This document shows, piece after piece, positions 16,454-24,701 of a DNA stretch of 32,000 bases; the stretch's first letter is position 1, and each line of letters opens with the position of its first letter. A model generated the notes under the pieces. It ran no database searches. It saw only the letters and a list, made by a program, of their open reading frames with translations, and had not been told where the DNA came from. Source of the DNA: Candidatus Saccharimonadota bacterium (GTDB lineage: Bacteria; Patescibacteriota; Saccharimonadia; Saccharimonadales; Saccharimonadaceae); the NCBI GenBank assembly GCA_025349965.1, contig CP075337.1, forward strand, positions 540,001 to 572,000, in the 5' to 3' direction. Made by a program: the position numbers and the translations under genes.

Positions 16454-16909
16454 ATGATCATCCACATCGCCACCGACCACGCCGGCCTCGATTTCAAAAA
16501 CACCCTTGCAGCCCATCTAAAAGAACAGGGGCACGACGTCGTTGACCACGGTGCCTACGAATACAATCCAGAAGACGATTATCCAGCGTTTATCATTAGC
16601 GCCGCAGAAGCAACTGCGAAAGACCAGCAAGAGGGGAGAGAAGCCCTCGGTGTTGTCTTTGGTGGCTCGGGTAATGGCGAGCAAATCGCGGCCAACAAAG
16701 TAAGGGGGGTGCGCGCAGCACTCGCCTGGAACGAAGGCACCGCAAAACTCGCCCGACAACACAATAACGCCAACATCGTCTCAATTGGTGCGCGACAGCA
16801 CACGGAAGAGGAGGTGCTCCACCTCATCGACACGTTTATTGCCGAACCTTTCTCGGGTGATGATCGGCACATCCGCCGCATTCAGCAAATCGCCGATTAC
16901 GAGCGCTGA
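16454..16909 (+). CDS. rpiB: Ribose-5-phosphate isomerase B (actinobacterial type)
   Basis: Motifs IATDHAGLDFK, DDYPAF, GGSGNGEQIAANKVRGVRAALAW, ARQHNNANI and the C-terminal [19 protein letters not shown] lies 6 nt upstream of ATG 16454. Confidence 0.88.
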   Translation: MIIHIATDHAGLDFKNTLAAHLKEQGHDVVDHGAYEYNPEDDYPAFIISAAEATAKDQQEGREALGVVFGGSGNGEQIAANKVRGVRAALAWNEGTAKLARQHNNANIVSIGARQHTEEEVLHLIDTFIAEPFSGDDRHIRRIQQIADYER

Positions 16910-17409
16910 GTCAGCTTCACATGATTCGGTGGCACATCATACGTCACCATAACCTCCGGCCGCCGAAACGTGGCCGGATTACATTTTTCCAACACCGTCA
17001 CCTTATCCCAATAACTCTTAGCTAGGCGCTCAAGCACCGCCTTGTTACCGTGGTGCGTCAGCGCATCTTTTAGCGCATCATAGGTATCAAGGTCAGAAAC
17101 AAAACACCGCTTCGGGTCAATCTCTAACTCAAGCACTCGCTGCTTACTACGAGCCACAAAGTGCTTGACGGGCACGTGTTCGCCATTGGTAATATCGATC
17201 ACCGCGCCGTTCACACAGGCATATGCATACAAGTTATTATCTCGGCTCACACCCTCGCGCACCAACGCCTCCGGCCGTCGTTCATCAAGATAGCAATCTG
17301 TCTTTATAATTGCAGCATCGTCACCCTTGTCACCTCGTGCCGTACAGATAAGGCCACTTGTCAGCGCAGCCTCAAGCATATCTGGTTGAATCTCATGATA
17401 AGCTTTCAT
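16897..17409 (-). CDS. hypothetical protein
   Basis: 170-aa ORF. TATAAT (minus strand, 17416-17421) lies exactly 6 nt upstream of the ATG. The 3' end overlaps rpiB by 13 nt. No recognised motif. Confidence 0.6.
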   Translation of the reverse strand: MKAYHEIQPDMLEAALTSGLICTARGDKGDDAAIIKTDCYLDERRPEALVREGVSRDNNLYAYACVNGAVIDITNGEHVPVKHFVARSKQRVLELEIDPKRCFVSDLDTYDALKDALTHHGNKAVLERLAKSYWDKVTVLEKCNPATFRRPEVMVTYDVPPNHVKLTQRS

Positions 17410-17447
17410 TCTCTCATTATAGCCCTCGGCTGCGCTATAATAGAAGT

Positions 17448-17804
17448 ATGAACAACCTCACCGAAGCAGAGAAGCGCGTCATCCTCAACAAAGGCACTGA
17501 AACGCCCTTCACTGGCGCATTACTTAACGAAACTTCGGCGGGAACCTATGTCTGCCGGCAATGCGATGCGCCTCTCTACCGTTCAGAGGATAAATTTGAT
17601 GCACACTGCGGCTGGCCAAGCTTTGATGATGAAATCCCCGGCGCGATCCAACGCACGGTTGACGCCGACGGTCAACGTACCGAAATCACCTGTGCCAACT
17701 GCGGCGGACACCTCGGCCACGTCTTTGAGGGAGAGTTTCTCACCCCTAAAAACGTCCGTCATTGCGTCAATTCCGTCTCTATGAAATTCGTTAAAAAGAC
17801 CTAG
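17448..17804 (+). CDS. msrB: Peptide-methionine (R)-S-oxide reductase MsrB
   Basis: Two CxxC pairs (CRQCDAPL and [12 protein letters not shown]) plus the RHCVNS active site. TATAAT (17436-17441) lies 6 nt upstream of the ATG. Confidence 0.9.
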   Translation: MNNLTEAEKRVILNKGTETPFTGALLNETSAGTYVCRQCDAPLYRSEDKFDAHCGWPSFDDEIPGAIQRTVDADGQRTEITCANCGGHLGHVFEGEFLTPKNVRHCVNSVSMKFVKKT

Positions 17805-18475
17805 GGCTCTATCACGGCAGCAACAGCAAACCTGCCATCACCAACTTCGCCCTGAAGTCCCTTTAAGAAGTTACTGTGGGAGTAATACTCAGAGTCTGTC
17901 GTCGTATCAGCAGGGGAGACCTCTATCTGGTCACGCCTTAAGCCTGTAGCGAGAAGTTGCTCCACAATCACCTCATGTAGCCCTCTATTATCAAACGCCC
18001 AAAGCGGGTACCCATCCTTGCCAGCTGCTGGCCCAAGCCACGCCTTTACCGAAGCGGGGGAGGTACCTGATTGCGCAAGGAAGTACTCCACCGACTTTCT
18101 TCCACCTTCCTGCTCTGCGCTATGCCTCCCGAGATGCGAGAGCATAAGCACGCCCATCGTTTCGTCAAATAACACAAGAGGGGCGCAGTCCGCTACTGGC
18201 AGGAGCAACACCTGACCTGGTTGGCGCGTCAAAAGCGCGTCACTATCAATCGTTGGAACACGGATAATCCCATCACCCCTGTCGGCCTCACCAGTCTCCA
18301 CATACCGGCAGTAGTCATCACCTTCATACACTACATGAAGGAGCGTCGCATCTTCCGGCTTCAAACCGTGTTTTCCCAAGAAAGCACGCCGGTTATCAAT
18401 TACCTCGGCAAAATCACCATTAGTAGACTTCATCGAGCCATCAGCAACCGTAGAGACAAGAATACGCACGTTCAT
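17801..18475 (-). CDS. pgeF: Polyphenol-oxidase / laccase-domain protein (YfiH/PgeF family)
   Basis: Family-like segments [33 protein letters not shown] and YYSHSNF. Convergent with msrB with a 4-nt overlap. Confidence 0.8.
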   Translation of the reverse strand: MNVRILVSTVADGSMKSTNGDFAEVIDNRRAFLGKHGLKPEDATLLHVVYEGDDYCRYVETGEADRGDGIIRVPTIDSDALLTRQPGQVLLLPVADCAPLVLFDETMGVLMLSHLGRHSAEQEGGRKSVEYFLAQSGTSPASVKAWLGPAAGKDGYPLWAFDNRGLHEVIVEQLLATGLRRDQIEVSPADTTTDSEYYSHSNFLKGLQGEVGDGRFAVAAVIEP

Positions 18476-18478
18476 ACA

Positions 18479-18955
18479 TTAAAGTGTCGTGTAGATATCG
18501 TTAAGCTCAGTACGTGGAGCATAAAGGAAGCGCTGCGCCTCTTCTTTTCCAATTTGAATATACGAATGTCCAAGCACCTTCTCAACCGACTCAACCCCAA
18601 AGAGGGTATCTCGAATAGCTGGCATTTCTTGTATCATCCGTGTAATTTTTGCCTTGTCTGCATTTGCGGCGCTTTTATGATTGCCGGTAAGATGATACGT
18701 CCAGCGCTGATCGTTCTCAAAAACAAATTCGAGCGAGTAGCCAATCTGTCTTCCCGTAAAAATTTTCAAATAAATGGCACTGCACGTACGGTAGTCGACG
18801 AGAACATTTTTTCTCAGTTCAAGCTGCTTACTATCAAGGTTGATACCCACCTTCTTCTTGTAAATCTGAAGGACGATTATTGTAAGCACTGTAACAACTG
18901 CCGCAATTGCGAGCATTGCACCGAAAAACGTAAGCAGCATGGTAAGTATAAGCAT
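18479..18955 (-). CDS. Membrane-anchored hypothetical protein
   Basis: N-terminal TM helix LILTMLLTFFGAMLAIAAVVTVLTIIVL. I moved the start to the ATG at 18955 because TGGTATACT (minus strand, 18962-18970) lies exactly 6 nt upstream. It sits 3 nt upstream of pgeF, so the two are probably co-transcribed. Confidence 0.6.
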   Translation of the reverse strand: MLILTMLLTFFGAMLAIAAVVTVLTIIVLQIYKKKVGINLDSKQLELRKNVLVDYRTCSAIYLKIFTGRQIGYSLEFVFENDQRWTYHLTGNHKSAANADKAKITRMIQEMPAIRDTLFGVESVEKVLGHSYIQIGKEEAQRFLYAPRTELNDIYTTL

Positions 18956-19020
18956 ACCCATAGTATACCATTCATTATCGAAGGTGGCCGAGCCCTGTTA
19001 TTTGATATACAATTAAAAAT

Positions 19021-19518
19021 ATGAAGCACTCTATTTTTACTCCCATATCTCAAGAAAGTTATCAAAATAGACAAAGTGATCGCATACTCAATGACAGCAT
19101 CAAGCAAGACGAACTCTACCTCTTCATGGCGCGACTTGAGGGGAGTCGTCTGATAGCAGCAGGGGAGTTCTCACTCCTTACCACCCGTCTCGCACCAGAA
19201 ATGGGGCGGCTCAGTCTTATCGGCAGCCTCTATGACGATGTAAAACAAGAGCCTTTTCTTACGCTTGAAGGCTCGGTAGAGCAGGGGATACTCACTCCCT
19301 ACCGAAGCGGCGGTGTTCACGTCACCCATCCAGAGACCGGCTCGCTCGGCCTCCTTCGCGAAGGATATCTTATTGCACACCCACAAGCTCAAGCACGCCT
19401 CGGACAATCAGCCCTTACTTCCCTTTACGAAAGCGTAGCTCTTGATGAGCCACGAGAATATACCGATCTTTCTACAGCAGCGTTTGAACTGCAGGGGATT
19501 TACAGGGGCTATAACTAA
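19021..19518 (+). CDS. hypothetical protein
   Basis: 165-aa ORF with ordinary composition. TACAAT (19008-19013) lies 7 nt upstream of the ATG. No recognised motif. Confidence 0.55.
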   Translation: MKHSIFTPISQESYQNRQSDRILNDSIKQDELYLFMARLEGSRLIAAGEFSLLTTRLAPEMGRLSLIGSLYDDVKQEPFLTLEGSVEQGILTPYRSGGVHVTHPETGSLGLLREGYLIAHPQAQARLGQSALTSLYESVALDEPREYTDLSTAAFELQGIYRGYN

Positions 19519-20331
19519 CTTTGCCACCCGCTCATTTTGCACTGTTTCATAGGTGATATTTTTTTAGAACATAAATAGAACGTCTATTATAGGCGGCGAT
19601 TTAACTGTAAAACTATATGCGCCCCTTAGCGACCCCTGTTGCACCTCTGTTAAATGCTGTACGAGCCAGAAAAACACAAAAAAACCATATATATGTACAT
19701 GTGTAAATGGAAAACGCGCTCAATATAGCAGAACGTAGAACAATAAAATAATAGCAGGGGATGAGTGAATTATAAAAAATAATTTCACAAAAAGGGAACA
19801 AAGAATATTAAGTAGGCACAAACCATGATCATATCATAGCTATAGACTTAACGTCGCACAATAATTCTTTTACGTTACTTTAATATGCGTGATAAGAGGT
19901 ATATAGACTCATCTCTATAGAGCGCTAAAATACACATCTATATATAAATAGGGCGAGAGTACTCTTTCACACTAAGTAACTCTATGTTTATTTATTAAAA
20001 CTTTGTTATTTATATAGTAACGTAGACCCTACAGTAAACTCGCAACATTAAATACTCATTTAGAGCGTGGAACAATGACTCTCATAAGTTTTCCACAAAC
20101 CCATAGCCCATATGGCAATATTTGCTTTTTTCCGAAAATATTACACTACTCCCTCCCACTACTCTATTTTTTGACTTTTTGCTTTTTTGGTATTTTAATA
20201 TAGTTTTTTTGTATTTTATCAGAAAACAATATAGAACAAAAATAGAACATTCGTTATGAAATAAGGGGAGTAGAGTGTATGACCTTTCATACAATACAAG
20301 GACGGTCCGTCAGCCAGGCTCATCCAAATCA
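19519..20331. other. AT-rich block of about 810 bp between two convergent gene ends, apparently non-coding
   Basis: Only two short, compositionally odd ORFs (62 and 70 aa) lie inside it. It is visibly much more AT-rich than its flanks. Near-identical 17-mers lie close to each end: TAGAACATAAATAGAAC (19565-19581) and TAGAACAAAAATAGAAC (20232-20248). Confidence 0.6.
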
Positions 20332-21270
20332 CTATTTGTATGCTGCTCGGCCTGCAACTCGAACATCAATATACTGTGGTGTATTTCCATGTGCTGCAAA
20401 ATATTTCAATGCGCGATCCATGTCTTCAACCTGCACCCCCACTCCTCTATCTGTACTGAAGCGGATGCGAGTCTCCCCTCCCTCAAGTTTTACATCAACA
20501 CGGCGTGTAGTATCGGCTGGCAAAATAGCTTCGGAAACGGTATATCCCCTCCCCTTCGCTTGATCCACCACCTTGCCGAGAAATCCTAAAAGTTTTGAAC
20601 TCGCCACTGCACTTCCCTGCTCGGGCGCAATACCACTCTCATCAACAACTCTTACCCCTGGTGTCGCAAAATAATTTTTACTAAATACAACACCATCTCG
20701 GTCAACGTAATACTGGTCGCCTCTTATTTGCCAGCTCGCAACCGGCTTCCGGAAAGAAATAGTAAAACGCACTTGCGAAGGGAGCGTTACACTGTTCGCA
20801 ATCTCTACAGAGGCAACCTCACCATGAGCTTCGGAAACATATTGCGTCAGCGTATCTTCGTTTAGCGTCGCCCTAAGGCGTTGGGACGGATTACGACCTA
20901 CATATTCAGCAATGGACTCTTCGTATGCATTCGCATCTACCGTCTGTGTAATTTCCGTATCACTAAAAGCAACTACAGGCTTCGCAATAAACTGCCAAAG
21001 GCCAATAAAAAGGAGTACTACAACACCTGCAGCGGTCAAGAAAACCAATCCAAGCTTGCGACGCTGCAGTACAAGATTGTGGGACTTTTGGCGCTCCGAC
21101 TCTCCTGCTTCGCTACGCTTGTAGCTACTTACCGTCTGATTGCGACGGTAGTGCGGATTTGGCGCAGCCACATCAGAAGCTTGGCCACGCCGACCATCTT
21201 CAATAGAATACTCGGGCAATCTTCGCCGAGGCACAAGTTGGTTTGTTTTTTTCTGATTTTTCTTAAACAT
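20332..21270 (-). CDS. ftsQ: Cell division protein FtsQ/DivIB-like
   Basis: It is the last gene of the dcw cluster. It has a basic N-terminus, a single TM helix (LGLVFLTAAGVVVLLFIGLW), and a POTRA/FtsQ-like extracytoplasmic part. Confidence 0.72.
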   Translation of the reverse strand: MFKKNQKKTNQLVPRRRLPEYSIEDGRRGQASDVAAPNPHYRRNQTVSSYKRSEAGESERQKSHNLVLQRRKLGLVFLTAAGVVVLLFIGLWQFIAKPVVAFSDTEITQTVDANAYEESIAEYVGRNPSQRLRATLNEDTLTQYVSEAHGEVASVEIANSVTLPSQVRFTISFRKPVASWQIRGDQYYVDRDGVVFSKNYFATPGVRVVDESGIAPEQGSAVASSKLLGFLGKVVDQAKGRGYTVSEAILPADTTRRVDVKLEGGETRIRFSTDRGVGVQVEDMDRALKYFAAHGNTPQYIDVRVAGRAAYK

Positions 21271-21294
21271 TGGTTATGCTTAGTATATCATTTA

Positions 21295-22443
21295 TCATCG
21301 AGCGGCGTTCAACACCATAGCTGCCATCTCTTCGGCAGCATGTGGTTTCGCAAACGCGCCAAAACGCTCAGTCATAGCCTTGGTGGTTTTCTTATCGCCA
21401 AGATACAGCTTCACTGACCGTACAAACACTTCTGGTGTACGAACAATCTCTTCTTCATCAAGCACAATCGCCGCCTGAGCTTCTCCATACACGGCTGCAT
21501 TTTTTATCTGATGACCGCCGGTAAGCGCTTCATTTGGGACTAGAATCGTTGCCGCCTTTAATGCTGCAAGCTCAAGGATTGTCGTCGCCCCTGCCCTCGC
21601 CACTACTACGTCGGCAGCACCAAGTAGCTCAGGCATCGTACTTACAAATGCATGCAATTGAAAGTTTTCAGAGTCTTCCGGCATCGTACGGCGCAATTCT
21701 TCGTACTGCCCCTGCCCCGATACAAGTACAACCGAGGTGAATTGTTGTAAATCTTTCAACGTTTTAACAATAAGATTGTTGAGTCGAACTGAACCGAGCC
21801 CTCCACCAGTAATAACCGTGAGTGGCTTCGCACTATCAAGCCCTAAACTCTTTTTAAGTGCACGCTTTTCATCCAGAGAGCGTGGAACAAACGCATCACT
21901 CACCGGTACGCCAACGTATTTAGAGATTTGCTTCGGGTAATTATAATACTCAAGCGGCGCACCCGTTCCAATCGCAACAGCCCAGCGCGCCAAGACACGG
22001 TTTGTCAGCCCAGGGTGTGCGTCAGAATCATGAACAACAAGAGGAATTCGCAGCAAATGTGCAGCAATACCCACTGGAAGACAAACGAATCCACCTTTGG
22101 TAAAAATCACATCCGGCCGCCACATACAAAGTTTATATATACTCTGTATAATTCCGCCCAACACCTTAAAACTATCGACCAGATTAGACCACATCAGTGA
22201 TGGCCACAGTACATGCTGCATAAGCGTTAAGTGGTGATACCGACGAAGCTTCCCCGAAGCGATGGTATCTACTCGAATCGCATCATCAAAGGCGCCCACA
22301 ATCTTCTTGGTCTGTGCTTCAAATTTCTTGTCACACCAAAAGCGAATCTCAGCCTCTGGTTCTACTGCGCGGACTTCCTTAAGCACCGCGACGGCTGGCG
22401 TGACGTGTCCGCCCGACCCCCCGCCGACTGCGAGAATCTTCAT
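21295..22443 (-). CDS. murG: UDP-N-acetylglucosamine--N-acetylmuramyl-(pentapeptide) pyrophosphoryl-undecaprenol GlcNAc transferase
   Basis: N-terminal G-loop MKILAVGGGSGGHVTPA. C-terminal ARAGATTILELAA. A strong SD, AAAGGAGG, lies 9 nt upstream. Confidence 0.9.
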   Translation of the reverse strand: MKILAVGGGSGGHVTPAVAVLKEVRAVEPEAEIRFWCDKKFEAQTKKIVGAFDDAIRVDTIASGKLRRYHHLTLMQHVLWPSLMWSNLVDSFKVLGGIIQSIYKLCMWRPDVIFTKGGFVCLPVGIAAHLLRIPLVVHDSDAHPGLTNRVLARWAVAIGTGAPLEYYNYPKQISKYVGVPVSDAFVPRSLDEKRALKKSLGLDSAKPLTVITGGGLGSVRLNNLIVKTLKDLQQFTSVVLVSGQGQYEELRRTMPEDSENFQLHAFVSTMPELLGAADVVVARAGATTILELAALKAATILVPNEALTGGHQIKNAAVYGEAQAAIVLDEEEIVRTPEVFVRSVKLYLGDKKTTKAMTERFGAFAKPHAAEEMAAMVLNAAR

Positions 22444-23656
22444 TACCTGTAGCCTCCTTTACTTGCGATGTGTGCACGGTATAACGGGACAATTGATACG
22501 CCAGACCCAGTGCTGCTGTAATAAATATCATGCTCGTGCCCCCATAACTAAGGAGCGGAAGCGTGATACCAGTCAGCGGGAAGATACCAATCATCGCTGC
22601 TATATTCAGGATAACATGAGCAGCCATCCACCCAAACACACCCGCCACAAGAAGACGCAGCTTGGGGTCGAGTAAATGATCCATTGTTTGCAACAGTCTC
22701 ATTAATAACGTAACGAAAAGCGCAATAAGAGCCATCGTCCCAACAAACCCAAACGTTTCACCAATAATTGCAAAGATCGAGTCGTTAATTGCTTCCGGTA
22801 AATACCCGGAGGCCTGCACGCTGTCGCCAATCCCTACACCAAAGATACCCCCCGAGCCAATCGCGATTTTCGCATGCTCAATATGATATGAATCAGCGTC
22901 GGAAACCGAAGTATTATCTCCTTGCAAGAACGTCATCACTCGCTCGACACGGTGGGGCGACGTAAAGATCAGAATGAGCCCCAGCACAAGCATAGTAACA
23001 CCCAGTATAGCCAGGTACTTTTTGTCGAGCCCCCCAACAAAAAGCATTGAAGCCGCTATAGCGGTAAGTGAAATACCTGTACCAAGGTCACGTTGCACAA
23101 CAACAATCATGAACAGCGCGAGCCCTACAATAACAGCAATCGGTATGAGTGTCTTATGTAGGTCATTGATTGCGCCTTCCTTCATGCGAACGCCGAGAAA
23201 TACAGCGAGATATGTCAAAAGGCCAAACTTTAAGATTTCTGATGGCTGGATACTTCCTAGCGGTCCAAGGCTAATCCATCGTGCTGCACCCAGCGTTTCC
23301 TCGACAATACCCACCTTAGCAGCAATAGCGAGTCCAATACACGCTATAAAGCCCGCCCATAAGACCTTTGAGCCATGCTTCAAAATAAAACTATGTGGAA
23401 TTTTATACGCCGCAAAAAAAGCTATCAGCGCCAATGCAAAGCTTACCGCTTGTTTTACAAAAAAATACTGGTCGGAATAATCATACCCAAGTGAATTCAT
23501 CAAGTTAGCGCGCTGAGGTCCAATCGCATAGATGACCAAGAGGCCTACCAGCATAAGGACAAAAGTCATCACGAGGATAAGGCGGTCTGGTTTGTGTACT
23601 CGAACAACACCCTCAGGGGCACTTCGTCCTCGACGAGTCCAACCGCCCCGCTCCAT
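22379..23656 (-). CDS. ftsW: SEDS-family peptidoglycan glycosyltransferase FtsW
   Basis: Polytopic membrane protein with LPLLSYGGTSM near the C-terminus. The start at 23656 overlaps the mraY stop (TAATG). The Arg-rich C-terminal tail overlaps murG by 65 nt. Confidence 0.85.
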   Translation of the reverse strand: MERGGWTRRGRSAPEGVVRVHKPDRLILVMTFVLMLVGLLVIYAIGPQRANLMNSLGYDYSDQYFFVKQAVSFALALIAFFAAYKIPHSFILKHGSKVLWAGFIACIGLAIAAKVGIVEETLGAARWISLGPLGSIQPSEILKFGLLTYLAVFLGVRMKEGAINDLHKTLIPIAVIVGLALFMIVVVQRDLGTGISLTAIAASMLFVGGLDKKYLAILGVTMLVLGLILIFTSPHRVERVMTFLQGDNTSVSDADSYHIEHAKIAIGSGGIFGVGIGDSVQASGYLPEAINDSIFAIIGETFGFVGTMALIALFVTLLMRLLQTMDHLLDPKLRLLVAGVFGWMAAHVILNIAAMIGIFPLTGITLPLLSYGGTSMIFITAALGLAYQLSRYTVHTSQVKEATGNEDSRSRRGVGRTRHASRRGA

Positions 23657-24693
23657 TAGGCGGTGACACCTCCTGCGATAGCTATCATAACACCAATAAA
23701 GGAGACGACCGCCGCAATAACCCAAAAACGCATTGTTACCTTTGTTTCAGGCCACCCTTTTGCCTCAAGATGATGATGAATTGGCGCAGAGATAAATACC
23801 TTCTTCTTAAATACCTTCTTGCTGAAAATCTGAATAAGACTCGAGCCAGCTTCAATTACAAACACAAGCCCAATGATTGGAAGGATGAAAATAGAATTCG
23901 TCAGCATTGCCACAACACCCAGCGACGTTCCAAGCGCAAAACTTCCCACGTCACCCATGAAAAAGCGAGCTGGATAAATGTTAAACCAGAGATAACTAAG
24001 GAGCGCACCTACTACGGTGAAACAAAAGGCCGCGAGAAGCCCATTTCCTTGCATGAGGGCAATAATACCAAAAGCTCCGAACGCAATCGCAGAAAGTCCG
24101 CCAGCCAACCCGTCAAGACCATCACTAATGTTCACTGCGTTACCTGTAGCGACCACCACAAAGGCAAAGAGCGGTACGATAAACCAGCCGAGTTCTAAGT
24201 TGCCAATAAACGGTACATGCACCGCGCTTACACCGAGTTTACTAAAGAAATACCAGCCAAGTATCGCGCCAATACCAGCAATCATCAGGAATTTAAGCTG
24301 CGAACGAAGCCCTGCAACGCCCTTGCCGCCACCACGTATATTAATAATGTCATCAATCAGCCCCACAAACGCGCCGCCAGCAAGCGCAGCAAGCGGAAGC
24401 CACGTTTCTTTCCTGTCGAGGTTAAGGAAGAACGTTACAATCACAATCGCCAACACAAACACCATCCCCGCCATCGTAGGGATGTTGCGCTTGAACTTAT
24501 CAGCATGAAGCTTCGTAAATACCTTGAGCGTCTCACCTGTCGTACTCTCGGTGCGCTGACGCTTCCAAAACTTATAGCGGTACGCCACAAAGGTATAAAG
24601 CGGAGTTAAAAGCATCGCAATCCCGAAGGCCGCCACACTTAGTACAACTGTACGAAAGAGTGCATCATTAAGCGCAGTATTTATAACATCCAT
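23656..24693 (-). CDS. mraY: Phospho-N-acetylmuramoyl-pentapeptide transferase
   Basis: Polytopic membrane protein with GNAVNISDGLDGLAGG and APIHHHLEAKGW motifs. Confidence 0.93.
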   Translation of the reverse strand: MDVINTALNDALFRTVVLSVAAFGIAMLLTPLYTFVAYRYKFWKRQRTESTTGETLKVFTKLHADKFKRNIPTMAGMVFVLAIVIVTFFLNLDRKETWLPLAALAGGAFVGLIDDIINIRGGGKGVAGLRSQLKFLMIAGIGAILGWYFFSKLGVSAVHVPFIGNLELGWFIVPLFAFVVVATGNAVNISDGLDGLAGGLSAIAFGAFGIIALMQGNGLLAAFCFTVVGALLSYLWFNIYPARFFMGDVGSFALGTSLGVVAMLTNSIFILPIIGLVFVIEAGSSLIQIFSKKVFKKKVFISAPIHHHLEAKGWPETKVTMRFWVIAAVVSFIGVMIAIAGGVTA

Positions 24694-24701
24694 ATTTGTT
24701 T

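Noticed and set aside
18221-19024. 267-aa plus-strand ORF, the longest unexplained ORF in the track
   Set aside because: It runs entirely antisense to pgeF, which has recognisable family motifs, and to the membrane-anchored gene at 18479-18955. Its composition is odd (rich in Arg, Cys, His and Asn) and it has no start signals. I treat it as a shadow ORF.
19613-20294. Two small ORFs inside the AT-rich block (19613-19801, 62 aa; 20082-20294, 70 aa)
   Set aside because: Their composition is driven by AT-rich codons (Phe, Ile, Tyr, Lys, Asn) and they have no start signals. ORFs of this length are expected by chance.
20279-20563. 94-aa ORF with a good SD (GGGGAG 8 nt upstream) at the right edge of the AT-rich block
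   Set aside because: Beyond its first 54 nt it is antisense to ftsQ. Its composition is Ser/Thr/Pro/Arg-rich and unlike the real proteins here. It could mark an antisense transcript, but I cannot support a protein.
22262-24609. Series of 130-168-aa plus-strand ORFs (22262-22675, 22974-23480, 23770-24198, 24017-24508, 24217-24609)
   Set aside because: All are antisense to ftsW and mraY, which carry unambiguous family motifs. Their proteins are Ser/Pro/Arg/Lys-rich with no motifs. They are typical shadow ORFs of membrane-protein genes.
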